Assembly (NCBI GenBank): GCA_040954595.2
Contig: CM082582.2
Location: forward strand, 6,432,303-6,496,302
Direction of reading: 5' to 3'
Origin: Balanoglossus misakiensis
Lineage: Eukaryota; Animalia; Hemichordata
DNA: 64,000 nucleotides
Shown here: in pieces, positions 1 to 11,703 of the stretch
How the letters are laid out: each line of letters starts with the position of its first letter
Numbering within the stretch: position 1 is the first letter of the stretch
The notes under the pieces: model-generated
What the model was told of the DNA's origin: nothing
Seen by the model: only the letters and a program-made list of their open reading frames with translations
Database searches by the model: none
Made by a program: the position numbers and the translations under genes

Positions 1-1753
1 CAGTCTGATAATTCTGTTATACACTTGGCTTTGTGTATTAATTGATGCATGCTTTTTGCTTAGCCTCCCCAAACCAGGTTTAATACAAATACTGGAGCAG
101 TCAAAACGTATATGAATGCAGATGTACGTGATCTTCACTTATGACAGCAGTTGTTGTTGCTTTGTCAAAATCTGTCAAAAAACGTATTTCATCGGATAGT
201 TTTAAAACTAAACTGTGTGCTTGATTATTACAAATTAGTGGAAAAAAGAGTTACCATTTTATACAATCCGAGAAGGGTTTGTTATTTTCGTTATTCAGCG
301 CGGAGTTTTACATCTGTTTTGTAATAGTGTTAAAAGAGTTGTTGTAGAGCTTTGGTAGACTGTTGGTATAAAAGGCGGTTGTGGAAAATAAGTTAGTCTG
401 GAACAATGGGCACAAAACGAGGAATGGTGAAGGGTCATTTGTATTATTTGACAGTTAACATTCGGTTGCCATTCCTCAAAATGTCATCGCACAATTTGGC
501 CTGCTTGTTACTCTACAGCCTGCTGATCATACAAGAAACACATTTATCATTGTATATGTACTCATGATTACAATGTACCCAGTTGCTGACTGAAAGGTAT
601 TTTTCTTAAGTGATATGTAAATAAGATAACAAGTCCCTGTCAAAATCTCATTTAAATACAATGGCAAGTGTGAGCTCTTTAAAATTGAGATTTTGTATGC
701 ATCATGATTAATACTAATAAAATACAACAATTCATCACACATATCAGCAATTTTCTTTGCATTTTAGTACGAAAAAAGCAAAGTATTTACGTGGTCATTA
801 AATGGTTTTCCTGTATTTCGTGGGTATATGTAACATCATTACATGGAACTACTTTCTGCCTGTACACTGGACGTGGCTGAATATTATGATTGGCGAAAAG
901 TGATCATTATTAAACATTTCGGTACGTTATTTCACTATCCGACCTACCCGTTATCAGGTGAATAATCAAAATGATCGTTTGCGTATAGAAATCTCCAAAT
1001 TTGCGACAATTGCTCGCGCTATTCAAAATGTTTCATATGTTACTAGTCTCGATGACCCAGTCCCTCTGCTGGAGATCACTACACTTCCGCCCTCTTCTAT
1101 TGCCGGAAGTGCAGCGACCCCAAGCAGAGGAGCTTAGTGTATTGTCTGTTCCCCTGCCCCATTCCCGCCACTGACTGCACTGCACATGCTGTAGCGCCAA
1201 CAGCTTGTGAAAGGGGGCATGGCATGGCACCAGACTACAACTTGTAAAATGTTTACATGTATATGCGATGCGATACCGCGATACGACCGGGCTACCTGAC
1301 CCTATGACCCTATGACCTTTACATAACAAAAGTAGTCCAATCAACGACCGTCTTCACTGCCGCATTACGGTGTTGAAAATCAAGACGCCACAGTCGAAAC
1401 TTCAATTTTCGCTATAATTGAGGGAACATATGCATAAAACAGACCTCCACGACCTATGTGCACATTCTCTACCGTAAAAAAATTATTTTCACACGTGATG
1501 TGGGTATTCTCTTTCACCCACTGTTATGAAGATTATTTGTAGGGCAATATTAGTATTTTGGAGAAATAAAGAACCCGGAAATGGACCCGGAAATTCATCA
1601 AAATACAGAGATGTAGGCCTAACGAGAAGAAGCTTACATTAAAAAGAAGAGTACCTCTAACCTTTGATGATTATTTCATTATTTTTGTTCAATTCAAAAA
1701 CTACTCACTAAAACATACCTAAATGCCAAGCGTTGAGCTTCTCAACAAAGTAT

Positions 1754-2451
1754 TGTTACGTAGGAGAAGTTTGCTTTTGTTTTGTGACCAGGTGTGTTTT
1801 CGCTTACTTTCGTAATTTGAATATTTACGTGACCAGGTGTGGTGCATTCATTATTTCCCCATATAAAAAGCCCGCACGTTGTGTTGCGGCGTAGCTACTA
1901 ATTTGGACTTGCCCGTGTGAGCTGTTCTATTCCTCGCCGGCTTGGAAGATGTGCCTTATTTCCTGATACCCTGGTCTGGAAACCGCGCCCAGAAGCTGTG
2001 CTGTATTTCATGCTGTCCTGGTCTGGAAACCGCGCCCAGAAGTCGTGCTACCTCATGGGGGAATACGTCTGAAAGCCGTGCCGTCTACCGGGGAATTGTG
2101 CCAGAACGCTACTCGGACTGAACGTCGCTGTTGGGACTGCCGTGGTGCTGGTCGCGTTCGTCGTGCGCTACGGAAGCTTGAACTTTAGTTTTTCATTTCC
2201 CACACCTGGTCACATTTAAGGTAGTCATTTATTTTACTGTGTTTTTTTCTCAGTGTACAGTCATTTTATATTTACCAATGTTTAGTTGTAGTAATTAAAA
2301 GTTGCCATAAGCAAGGAAATAACGTGTGGTGTGCCTATTGTTGACCGTCTTTGTTGCGTGCTGCGCTGGTTGGTTCACCAAAGCGAGCCATTCAGTAAGT
2401 CTATTTGCTCACTGCCCTGTTTCGGAACTGAACGGCCAGCGTGTCGTAACA
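1754..2451 (+). mobile_element. Solo LTR of an LTR retrotransposon (probably Ty3/gypsy class)
   Basis: Begins TGTTACG (1754) and ends CGTAACA (2451), a 7-bp terminal inverted repeat with TG...CA ends. Flanked by a 4-bp direct repeat GTAT (1750-1753 and 2452-2455). Contains TATAAAA at 1862, ATTAAA near 2294 and an internal 25-bp direct repeat CTGGTCTGGAAACCGCGCCCAGAAG (about 1971 and 2018). No gag/pol nearby. Confidence 0.85.
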
Positions 2452-2852
2452 GTATATGTAGGCTTGTAAAGTGCCATGTTATTGTTGGTATTTGAAATTT
2501 TAGTCCAGACTAAAATTCAGTTGTCAACAATAAAATTGCTTGTACTGCATATAAGGAATGTGGTGACAAATTGAATACTTGGCATATCAACATGTAGAGG
2601 GTAGAACAAGAAACTGTAAGTGATAGAACAAACTCTACATAAAATATTATCCAAATGTTACGGCAGGTGTGCCTTTTTAACAAATCCACTCATGTTGATT
2701 TTTATTTCACTAAACCTCATACATGGTTTTAAATATGTATGTAGTAATACTGATATAAAAGTGATACTGACATTGGTGTTGCTCATTCATTCGGGGGGGG
2801 GGGGGTGGTGGTTTCATAAATGCTCTCATGTCTACAAATACTGAACACTTCC

Positions 2853-2862
2853 GGGGATTTCC
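2853..2862 (+). promoter_or_regulatory. NF-kB (kappaB) consensus site upstream of kinase paralog A
   Basis: GGGGATTTCC fits GGGRNWYYCC and lies about 510 bp upstream of the ATG at 3376. Motif match only. Confidence 0.5.
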
Positions 2863-3111
2863 GCTGACATGTGTCACAGTGGTCCTACAGGCCGTAGTTT
2901 GTTAATGTTTAGTGGATCCTCGCGCAAACGAAAACAAATGGGGCGTTTCGCGTCCAATTCAAACAACTCTATTCCTGCCTGATCCTGTGCCGTGGTGCCG
3001 TACCCTGGTTCATGTCATTTGTTCAACGGTGTCCATATTTTGCACAACCAGATGTATACAATGGCTAAGTTTACCCCGGGAGTTTGCCAAATAATCTAAT
3101 TTTAGCTTTTG

Positions 3112-3122
3112 GGGGAATTCCC
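3112..3122 (+). promoter_or_regulatory. NF-kB (kappaB) site upstream of kinase paralog A
   Basis: GGGGAATTCCC about 255 bp upstream of the ATG. The same 11-mer, in the same orientation relative to the gene, lies about 235 bp upstream of paralog B's ATG. Confidence 0.6.
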
Positions 3123-3375
3123 GTGCATTACACCAATCCGGCCGCGTAACCACGCTTGCCTTGTAATACCTCTACAGACAAGCAGGACATAGGTGAAACC
3201 GACAGAGAGTAGGGGTATATTGCTCTAGGTTCCCCAAACGTTATATTTCAAGCATTATCTTTATTGCGAGCAAACACTCTGTCGTCAAAAACGGCAACAC
3301 AGAACTACTCTGTCTAACGAGGCCAAGCGCCTCGGTGTGATATACTTGATGACGCACTGTTCAGGTGTTTTCAAA

Positions 3376-6300
3376 ATGGCTACAGCAGAGGAAACTTGCG
3401 ATTCTATGCTCGGTTGGGGTGAGTACATTATATTGTGATTAAATTGCTTCGATGACACCGTGTGGCATTTAGGCCTATAGTTTGGACAGTGGTGTGAAGA
3501 TTTTCAAGATGGTTGGAGGGTAAGAAGACGCTGTTCTCCAGAGAACCTCGAGAAACATTCTTTGAGTGTTTATGGCTGCCACAGTGGCACAGCTTACAAA
3601 ACGAAAGGTCATTTGGGGGTTATTTGAAATAAAACTGATTATTCTGAAGGACCATATACAAAATAAATGGAGATAACCAATTTTAGTCTCGCAATTGATA
3701 CAGGCTTAAATGGGTGTAAAAGGAAAGAGGGATATGATGTGTAGACGTTCAATGGGCCCCAAAGTAGGCCTAGGTTTGAAGAATCAAGTAGGGACGGGAA
3801 ATTTCCAGATATAATTTTTTAGAACAGAGGTACTTTAAGAAACAATATATAATACAATTGATCTCCTCTGCCTTTACCAGATTTAAGGGAGCTTGGTCTA
3901 GGAAATGAACTTGTTCGGCAACTGGCATCTGTTCTGGACGACGATGACTCAAGGTGGCAGATGCTTGCTGAAAACCTCGGAATAGATGGGAAGACCAGCA
4001 AACGTATTGCGCAATGGAGCTTTGAGACGTGCACAAGCCCAACCGAAAATGTGATAACCGTCTACAAGAGCATGTCTCCAACTCCAACCTGGGGAGGGAT
4101 ATACCAAGCGCTTGAATGGATGGCTCAGGGTGGGGCGATGCGAGCGATGAAAGAACATGCCGACAAGCAGAGGTCAAAGTGCGGGGCTTCCACTGGCCAC
4201 CTGCAGGCGTATCACAATAAAACTCCGGGCAATCTGGGACGAAAATTGAAGAAGGGCATGTTGTCGGGGGAGTGCATGGACGCCCTGGGGAAGGTTCTCA
4301 ACCCCAGACACCCGCTTGGGTGCAACTGGAAGCTTCTCGCCCGCAAACTTGGCTACAGACAGGAAGTCATTCGAGATGCAGAAAGGCGGAAGTCCAACCC
4401 CACACTTCACATTCTGTTGCTATACCAATGCAAAACTAAAGCAACCCTGGGGATGCTGTACGAGATTTTACTCGGGATGGAGCGTAATGATGCCGTGTTG
4501 GTCCTGTGGGCCTACGATGAGCTTAAAGAGGGCGAGGAACCTTCACCGGACAGTGAGACTACATCTAAGCCAAAGGGGCACAGCTCAGAAACGGATGGTG
4601 CCAGTGGAAACACACTGTCAGATGATGAAGAGGAAGACGGTAGTGAGGACGATATGGACGATATGGATTTCAAGGACATGCTGTAAGCATGCATTTTTGC
4701 AGTGAATTCTGACTTGCACGAAACTGTCGCGAGAATATACTAGTATGTAGTAGTAAAACGTAGTGCAAGAAGTCAATAACTGTTGTCTGTTTTCCTTTCC
4801 AGTACACAAATGCTACAGATTCCCGAAATGAAAGAGCTTATGAAGGCTTTGGAACAGAGAGATGAAATGCTAAAGATGGGTCAGAATATGACCGGCATGT
4901 TAGGAAAAGCCATTGGTTGGCTTGGATGTCTGGCGGAGACTGCTGGTGAGTCAAGAAAAAAGTCACTGTGAATGGCTAGATGGTGTGGTGGAAAAATTTG
5001 ACCGTATGCCTTCAATGCAAGGTCTCTGGTACGAAATGTACTTGACAACTCTCGTTTCCTTGGACTATGCACGGACATGTATATATCCGCCATCAGAATT
5101 ATCCCTGTTTGATTACCGTAAGATCTGTACATGGATTGGATCTTACAGGTATGGATGTTGATCCCGAGGAAATAGGGTGCCCACTCGGTTCCCAGACGAA
5201 TGTGAACATTCATGGTGGCCAAGTACAATTCGGGCGTGTTAACCAAATAGTACAAGCTCTTCGTCAACTGGAGGGCAGCGCTGGACCAGGGCCTGCATTA
5301 ATCACGGGTCTACCCCATGAAGGTAAATTTGCACGACCTCGTAGACCGTTGTGCCAAATTTTAAAATATTGGTTTTATACTACATGTATGATATCTGGCT
5401 GATAAATACTATAGAACTCACGCCATCATGTTCTGAATATCGTAAATGAATCATGTACATCATACAGTCAGAACCTAGAAAACCTAGAGAACGAGACCCA
5501 ACAAATAGGCCGTTGTCCACAAATTCAAAAAATTAGTTCTTATGAATGTGAGAACAAACGCAAAGTGACCAACTACTCGATCTTTTGCTGTCGGTTTATG
5601 AATTTGCCCAAATTAACATATCCACATTACATCCTTCAAAGATTCACAATTTGCATTGCTTTCCACAGCCACCACGAGGACGAGGAAAATGGAAGGTGAG
5701 CTAGAGGAAATGGGTTTCCCCAAAGAGCATATAAAGAAGGTGTTGAAGCGGCATCCCAGGGTAGGTTTGTTTGTGCACTATAGGCCCCAGCTTAATTCTG
5801 TTGGCTCAAAACTGGCTGAATATATGTCATTTGCATGTGTGGATGTTTCAACGAAGATTCCTTTAGGTGAACAATCAGGCTTATCTCGTCATAGGTCTAA
5901 CAGTTCATAATTAGTGGGCACTAATTATGCCAAATTCTTAAATTGAAAGTCACATCTTCTTTTGTCTTGCAGGCAGACAAGGTTAAATTGATTCAATATC
6001 TTCTGAATATGAAAATGCGAGAACCAGACCGGGAAGTCAAAAGCGGGAAGCCCCGTAGGAGAAAATGGACCACAGAAGACAGTTCAGAGCTGCCTGGGGG
6101 CATGCACGACGAAGTCCCAAGGGGACCGAGAAAACCTGGGGATGGCGGCGAAGAAGAGCCACCGTTGCAACAGACCACTGTCGAAAAGGATGGCCCTGAG
6201 GCCGCAGATGAGCAGGCACGCGGACATCCGGTCCCTGAGGGGGATTCTCCGCCAGAGAGCCACGATCAAGAAAGCGTGGAGAGTTTGGGGGAGGGCGAGT

Positions 6301-8666
6301 TGGAAGATTCCTCTGATCAGCTGGCGAGCCAGTCACCTCTGAAGCATCCGGATAACACCGGAGGAGCTCAGGGAGAGATGCCCTGCAGTTTGGAGGCCAG
6401 TGGAGAACATGACGATTCCGCTGCCGTACAGGGGCAAATGTCCCCTGACAAGATTTCAAGTGGTGTGATTCAAGACCACCAGGAAATCAGTTCACTCGAT
6501 ATAGAACCATCGCACCAATCCAATGACAGTCCAACAGAACCTACGAGTGAATGTTCCGACATCTGTAGTGATGAGGAGTCAGTCCAGGCCGAAAATTCTG
6601 GGTGCAAACTCACCGAAAAAGAAACTACTGTAATGACGGTTGGTCCCGGCAGCCCAGACACAGCCACTGACCTCTCACTTACAGCTGACGCAGACAGCGG
6701 TATTTACTCTCTGTCCAGCGAACACATAACGGAAATTACAAGGAATCGCAGGACTATCATTTCTGACCAGGGTGCATATGGTCCAGTCTTTCAAGGTAAG
6801 TCTAAACTTATTCCAGTATTCGATTGTGATGCTGTTTTAAAAAGTGTGTGAATTTCATATCCTGGTAGTTAACAGTCATGCTAACGAACTGGTCTCTCGT
6901 TTGTCAGGGGTCTTTCCTTTCCAAGGTCCTCACATGGGAGCCAAGGTCGCTGTGAAAGTGCTGAGCGAGTCTGGAGACCACGGTGCAAAGGAATTTAGTA
7001 GGGTAGGGCGATACTACTGTTTATGCTCCATTATCTGTAACTTTTCGCCATATTTTTAGTATTCTTGCTTATGTATCTGCTGCAGTTCCTTGTTCAAATC
7101 AAGAAGCACAATGAAACGCCGGGCCCAATATCCAGCTTATGAACACATGCAACCACAACCTCAGTGGCAAGCACTACAGCCTCTCATGAGTTTTAAAATG
7201 TATACATCATCAGCGTGAGTTGATTGAATAGTGCTTGACAATTAAAAAACCAACATTAGCCAGCAGCGATTGTTTATTGACAGGAAAAAGATGTGGCTAC
7301 TGTCAAGCACCCCAATATCTTGCCAGTATATGGCGTATGTGATGAAGACAGGTATGTTTCTCGTATTATCAAAGTAACTCTTGTTCTTGTTATGCTGGTC
7401 TTCTGTTGATTGACTTTGAATGTTGGATTTGATTTAGCGAAACCCCGAGTATATTTATAAACACAATTCAGGTAAGTGGTATCATTTCATATACACTGGA
7501 ACTGTTTCGGATGAAGATAGGTATTTGTCTACAAATTCATGTATCATTTTAAATTGCTCCAAAAGTGGCTTGTTTCACGACATACTTATCAAGCTCTCAT
7601 CCAACCCCCCATTCTAACAGATGCATCCTGTATCCATACATGGAGAACAAAGATCTAGCCTGTCAGTTGAAAGTTGGGAATCCTGAACTAACATGGCGCA
7701 GGAGACTGGTCATAGCAATTGGCATTGCACGTGCGGTGTTGTGTCTGCATACACCCACCGAGCAGAGGTATCTAGCCTATATGCTCCAATTAGAATTTGC
7801 TGATGTTTCCTTTGAGTACTTAAAACAAAGGCTGTATTAGCGACTATAATGCCTGTTCGTGCATACGGCTACCAGATGGAAAATTTGTAATGCCTTGATT
7901 CTATTGGTTGGTCGCTCTATTAGCATTTGAGTTCCCCCACTCATGCCACATATCAAACGCTTTGATATGCTAAATACCTACGGCAACCAGATGGAAAATA
8001 GTAATGACTTCATTCTATTGGTTGGTCGCTCTATTAGCATTTGCATTCCCCCTCTGCTATTTCCGTGACACTTTTGCAAAAATCATAATGAGTAGTTCGT
8101 ACACATACGACGGTACGTCGTATACTCCCATGGGAGTCTCCACTAGACACTGCCAGTGATAACCATATAAGTAAGCCCGCTTATCCGTACATTTGTAGGC
8201 TTCTTAGAATTTTTCATCGCGATATCAAATCAGCTAACATCCTGCTGAATGGGTCGTGGTGGCCGTATTTAGGAGACACTGGGCTGACCAGAGAGATACC
8301 AGAGGAATGTGTGTACAAGTCGAGAACAGGTGGGGTACCTATGAGAACATTTGCATATTAAACACCATCTGGTCACTAAGAAAATCACTTGCACTGATTG
8401 TGATCACAATTCACAAATCATCCCAGGAAACGAATTTGCTGCACTCATGTGTTTCCATTTGACTTGTTTCTAAGGCACCAAATCCCATATCCCCGGCACA
8501 ATTGGATACAGCGATCCTTCATTGACAAACAAACCGGCGGGGTACTATGACGCAGCATGTGACGTGTACAGTTATGGCAAGGGTAAGAGATACTTAACAT
8601 TATTTTCAAATTAATTATAATGATATGCAATATATTGCAACAGACTTGAGTAGTTTCATAATGCCA

Positions 8667-8697
<31 letters not shown>

Positions 8698-8757
8698 CAT
8701 ACATACATACATACATACATACATACACTCACACTCACACTCACACTCACACACACA

Positions 8758-8820
<63 letters not shown>

Positions 8821-10227
8821 ACACATACATACATACATACATACATACATACATACATACATACATACATACATACATACATACATACATAGGACTACAT
8901 AAACAGAATTTTGCGTATAAAAATAATATAAAGTTTTCCCAAACACTTTTAGTCTTGTTAGAACTCTTCACTGGTACGCTGGCAAGTGCAACTGGCACAG
9001 ACGGTGATTTTGTTCACAACCAATGGGAGGACGATGGTCATTTTGAACAGGAAGATGAATTGGTGCAATTGGCTGATAACTCTAAATGTGTGGTGGGTAT
9101 CCAAAATACACACATTACTTTTCATGTACACTGATACAAGTTAATTGTCCACGCATAATGAGGTTCTTGGCCAACTCCATCATCTAACCTGCATAGCACT
9201 TTTCTTGCATTGCAGGGTTGGCCAGAAAGTGTAAAACAAGAAATTGCGAGAATCATCGTCTCGTGTTTGCTGAGGAAAAGAAGGGAGAGAGCAACATTTG
9301 ATGAAATTTGTGAAAAGTTGGAGGTAGGGCAGCGTTAACACTAACTTATAAAGAACCAGCACTGTTTCAGACGTGCACAATGTCCCTCTTTGTAGATGGC
9401 TTTTAGTACTCGAAGATTCGCTTGTGGCCCTGTTCTGGCAGAAACACATATTGTATATGAAGTATTCAAGTTCAGTATACAATCTAATCCCGTGTCACGG
9501 TCAATGCAACACTGAATTGACTTGAATTCATCCAATGTTATTGATGTTTCGAACTGAGAATGGACGTAAATGGCCACTGTGTCTTTCTCGCACTGAATAG
9601 GCATTGGCAGAGGACCACGGGGTGACACTTTTCGATGCTGCAAACTGCAGGAAGTGTTGCATGTGTCTCACAAACCCTGTCGGTAAGTTCAATCACCGGA
9701 AATGCATCAATCCGTCAACCAACAACTACTGCCTGTGATTGCACAATAGTATAGATTTGTCGCAGATTTTAGTTCATGGCACTGCAAGCCTTTGAATAGA
9801 TAGATACCCTTGGCCTGTCACGCAGTTATAGGGTTAGTTAGGGTATGGGGAATCTCTTGCAGATAATCAACTGCCTGCTCAACAACTTGCATTTGAACTT
9901 CTCGAACATGCACCAATTTTACTAGCATCATCAATACTCTTTCTTTCCCAACAGCTGATCAAGCTCTCCAGTGTGGATGTAAGGTTGTGTGTGCCGAGTG
10001 CATTCAGAATCGCAAATTTAACCACTTGGTTTGTCCGCAGCATGGACGTACACAACCAGCCAGTGGTAAGTTGTTGCACTGAAACATTCCATGACTGATA
10101 ATGTTCGTCTAAACCTGTACCATTTTATGTTCAATAGGAGTGTTGAAATACATCAATGATTAGGTCGCTTATCCACTCTTCCAATACTATTAAACGTTGA
10201 TTTCTTTCAGGTGAACAAAAATACTGA
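3376..10227 (+). CDS. Paralog A: tandem death domain - RHIM - UBA-like - acidic linker - IRAK/Pelle-like kinase - variant RING protein (about 1027 aa, 16 coding exons)
   Basis: Phase-consistent GT-AG exons: 3376-3418, 3881-4682, 4803-4945, 5149-5322, 5669-5760, 5973-6795, 6908-7002, 7284-7351, 7621-7767, 8199-8329, 8475-8582, 8953-9092, 9216-9323, 9601-9682, 9955-10065, 10211-10227 (last exon least certain). Death-domain motifs WQMLAENLG and NWKLLARKLGY..ERNDAV. RHIM NVNIHGGQVQFGRVNQI. UBA-like LEEMGFPKEHIKKVL. Kinase motifs GAYGPVFQG, VAVK, HPNIL, LTWRRRLVIAIGIARAVLCLH, HRDIKSANILL, GDTGL, GTIGYSDP, DVYSYG. C-terminal CCMC..CGC..CAEC..CPQH. Confidence 0.88.
5199..5249 (+). other. RHIM (RIP homotypic interaction motif) coding segment, paralog A
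   Basis: Translates NVNIHGGQVQFGRVNQI. The core tetrad VQFG resembles (I/V)Q(I/V/L)G, with the typical upstream aliphatic residue and downstream N at +3. Confidence 0.75.
7864..8043. repeat. Intronic imperfect direct duplication of about 65 bp
   Basis: TACGGC(T/A)ACCAGATGGAAAAT...ATTCTATTGGTTGGTCGCTCTATTAGCATTTG at 7864-7929 and 7979-8043. Confidence 0.8.
8668..8891. repeat. Compound microsatellite (ACAT)n-(AC)n-(ACAT)n
   Basis: Directly visible in an intron of paralog A. It accounts for the spurious HTYI and MYVC ORFs. Confidence 0.97.
9655..10043 (+). other. Variant RING-type zinc finger coding segment (split by one intron), paralog A
   Basis: Spliced translation CCMCLTNPVADQALQCGCKVVCAECIQNRKFNHLVCPQH has RING-like ligand spacing, with Cys at ligand 4 and His at ligand 8, and the CP of the last pair retained. 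Confidence 0.72.
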
Positions 10228-10700
10228 TGCTGAAAAATCAACAAACACCTGCAAACTATCATAAGACGTTTATCTTAAAAGCATGGAGATCTGATGCATG
10301 ACAATATATTACTCAGAAGACGCCGGCAGTACCAAGCAGTTTATAAGTGTCTGAAAAATGAATACCTACCCAAGAATGCTTAGGTTTCTATAGCTATGAA
10401 GTTGTTCCTATCTCACACATGTATTTCAAATTTCCCCATCCCATCTCAACTGGCGTATCCCTTTTTAGAGACTTGGGATTTTAAAAACAACGCTCATTTT
10501 TAGTTTATTAGTAAAACTTCTCGTATTTCAGTAGAGGCTTAACTGTAAGCTGTGATACATTTGCCTCAATTCGCTTTCAACTCATATGTCATTGGATTTG
10601 ATACCTTACCGATTCACCTAGCATGAATGTTGACACATAAGTAATAGAGCTCATGGTGTTAACAACAGTTGGGGCATATGACGGCAATCCCAAAATACAA

Positions 10701-10737
10701 AATAAAACATACACAAAAGTTAAAATTGACATTTATT
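10701..10737. terminator. Opposed polyadenylation signals of the convergent kinase paralogs
   Basis: AATAAA on + at 10701-10706 and on - at 10737-10732, between the two stop codons. Motif match only. Confidence 0.45.
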
Positions 10738-11703
10738 CAAAAGTGTTTTAAGGCGACAACCGCATAGTAATTAAAAATCATTATACAATGATAGATATCT
10801 TACATCTTATATCTGAAAAATACACATGGATTTAAAGTCATTACCGACTGTGGAAATTTTCCAAACATGGATTCATGTACATGTAATTGAAAGCTAAGGA
10901 GTCTCTAACTCACTGACTACGACACAATTCAATCTTTTTGCAGTTTTTCATAGTTGTTTTTTAATGGAAAAGATTTGATCATGTTATATCAAGCAAAAAC
11001 CTATTCCACATACTGTGATCACCAACTAATAATGTTTGATGACTTGAATTTAAAAAACTCAGCAAAAATAATTAAAGTAACTCATCTTGGCAGACACATT
11101 CCCCACTTATAACTTCAAAGTCTGAAGTACATGTAATAAAACATTATACTGGATCAACAGGAAAAATATGCAAGTGTATTATGAAGTGCTCAATGGTGAC
11201 AAGAACTGGTAGGCCTGCTGCAATTGGCTTCCATGCCAACATCCCAAATGTTGGATACTTTCTCTAAGCTTCTGTATCTTTCACTTGCTTGAGTGCACAC
11301 ACTCTTTGACCAGTTTCCACAGCCAAGCCTACAATTTGTCCGTGTATGGTAGAAATTCCACCCTTTAGATTTCCCTGTTTATAGACTCATTCCTGCAAAA
11401 TCAACATTAAAATGCAGATCAAGAACAAGATCATTTTCATATTCAAAATATGCATAACTGATTGATATGTGAAATTGGCATTTTCAGATATACGTACTGT
11501 TGCCATGATTACACCAAATCAGATATGCAAAGTTTACAAAATCTTCTTGGGTTACCCCCAGGAACATGCCTACCAAATTTCAAAGCAATTTGACAAGCTG
11601 TTTCAAAGAAAATGAAAGCACTAAAATTATTTATACCGAGATCTTTAAATCTCATTAAAACATATTAAATGAATATTCAACTCACCAGGAGAACACATCC
11701 TGT

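Noticed and set aside
4583-4600. SETD/G as a caspase-8-like cleavage site between the death domains and RHIM of paralog A
   Set aside because: A four-residue motif in an acidic linker with no positional equivalent seen in paralog B is expected by chance.
8625-8998. ORFs with HTYI / MYVC / CVCV repeats (also 13094-13426)
   Set aside because: They are translations of intronic microsatellites. Only 8953-9092 is a real exon.
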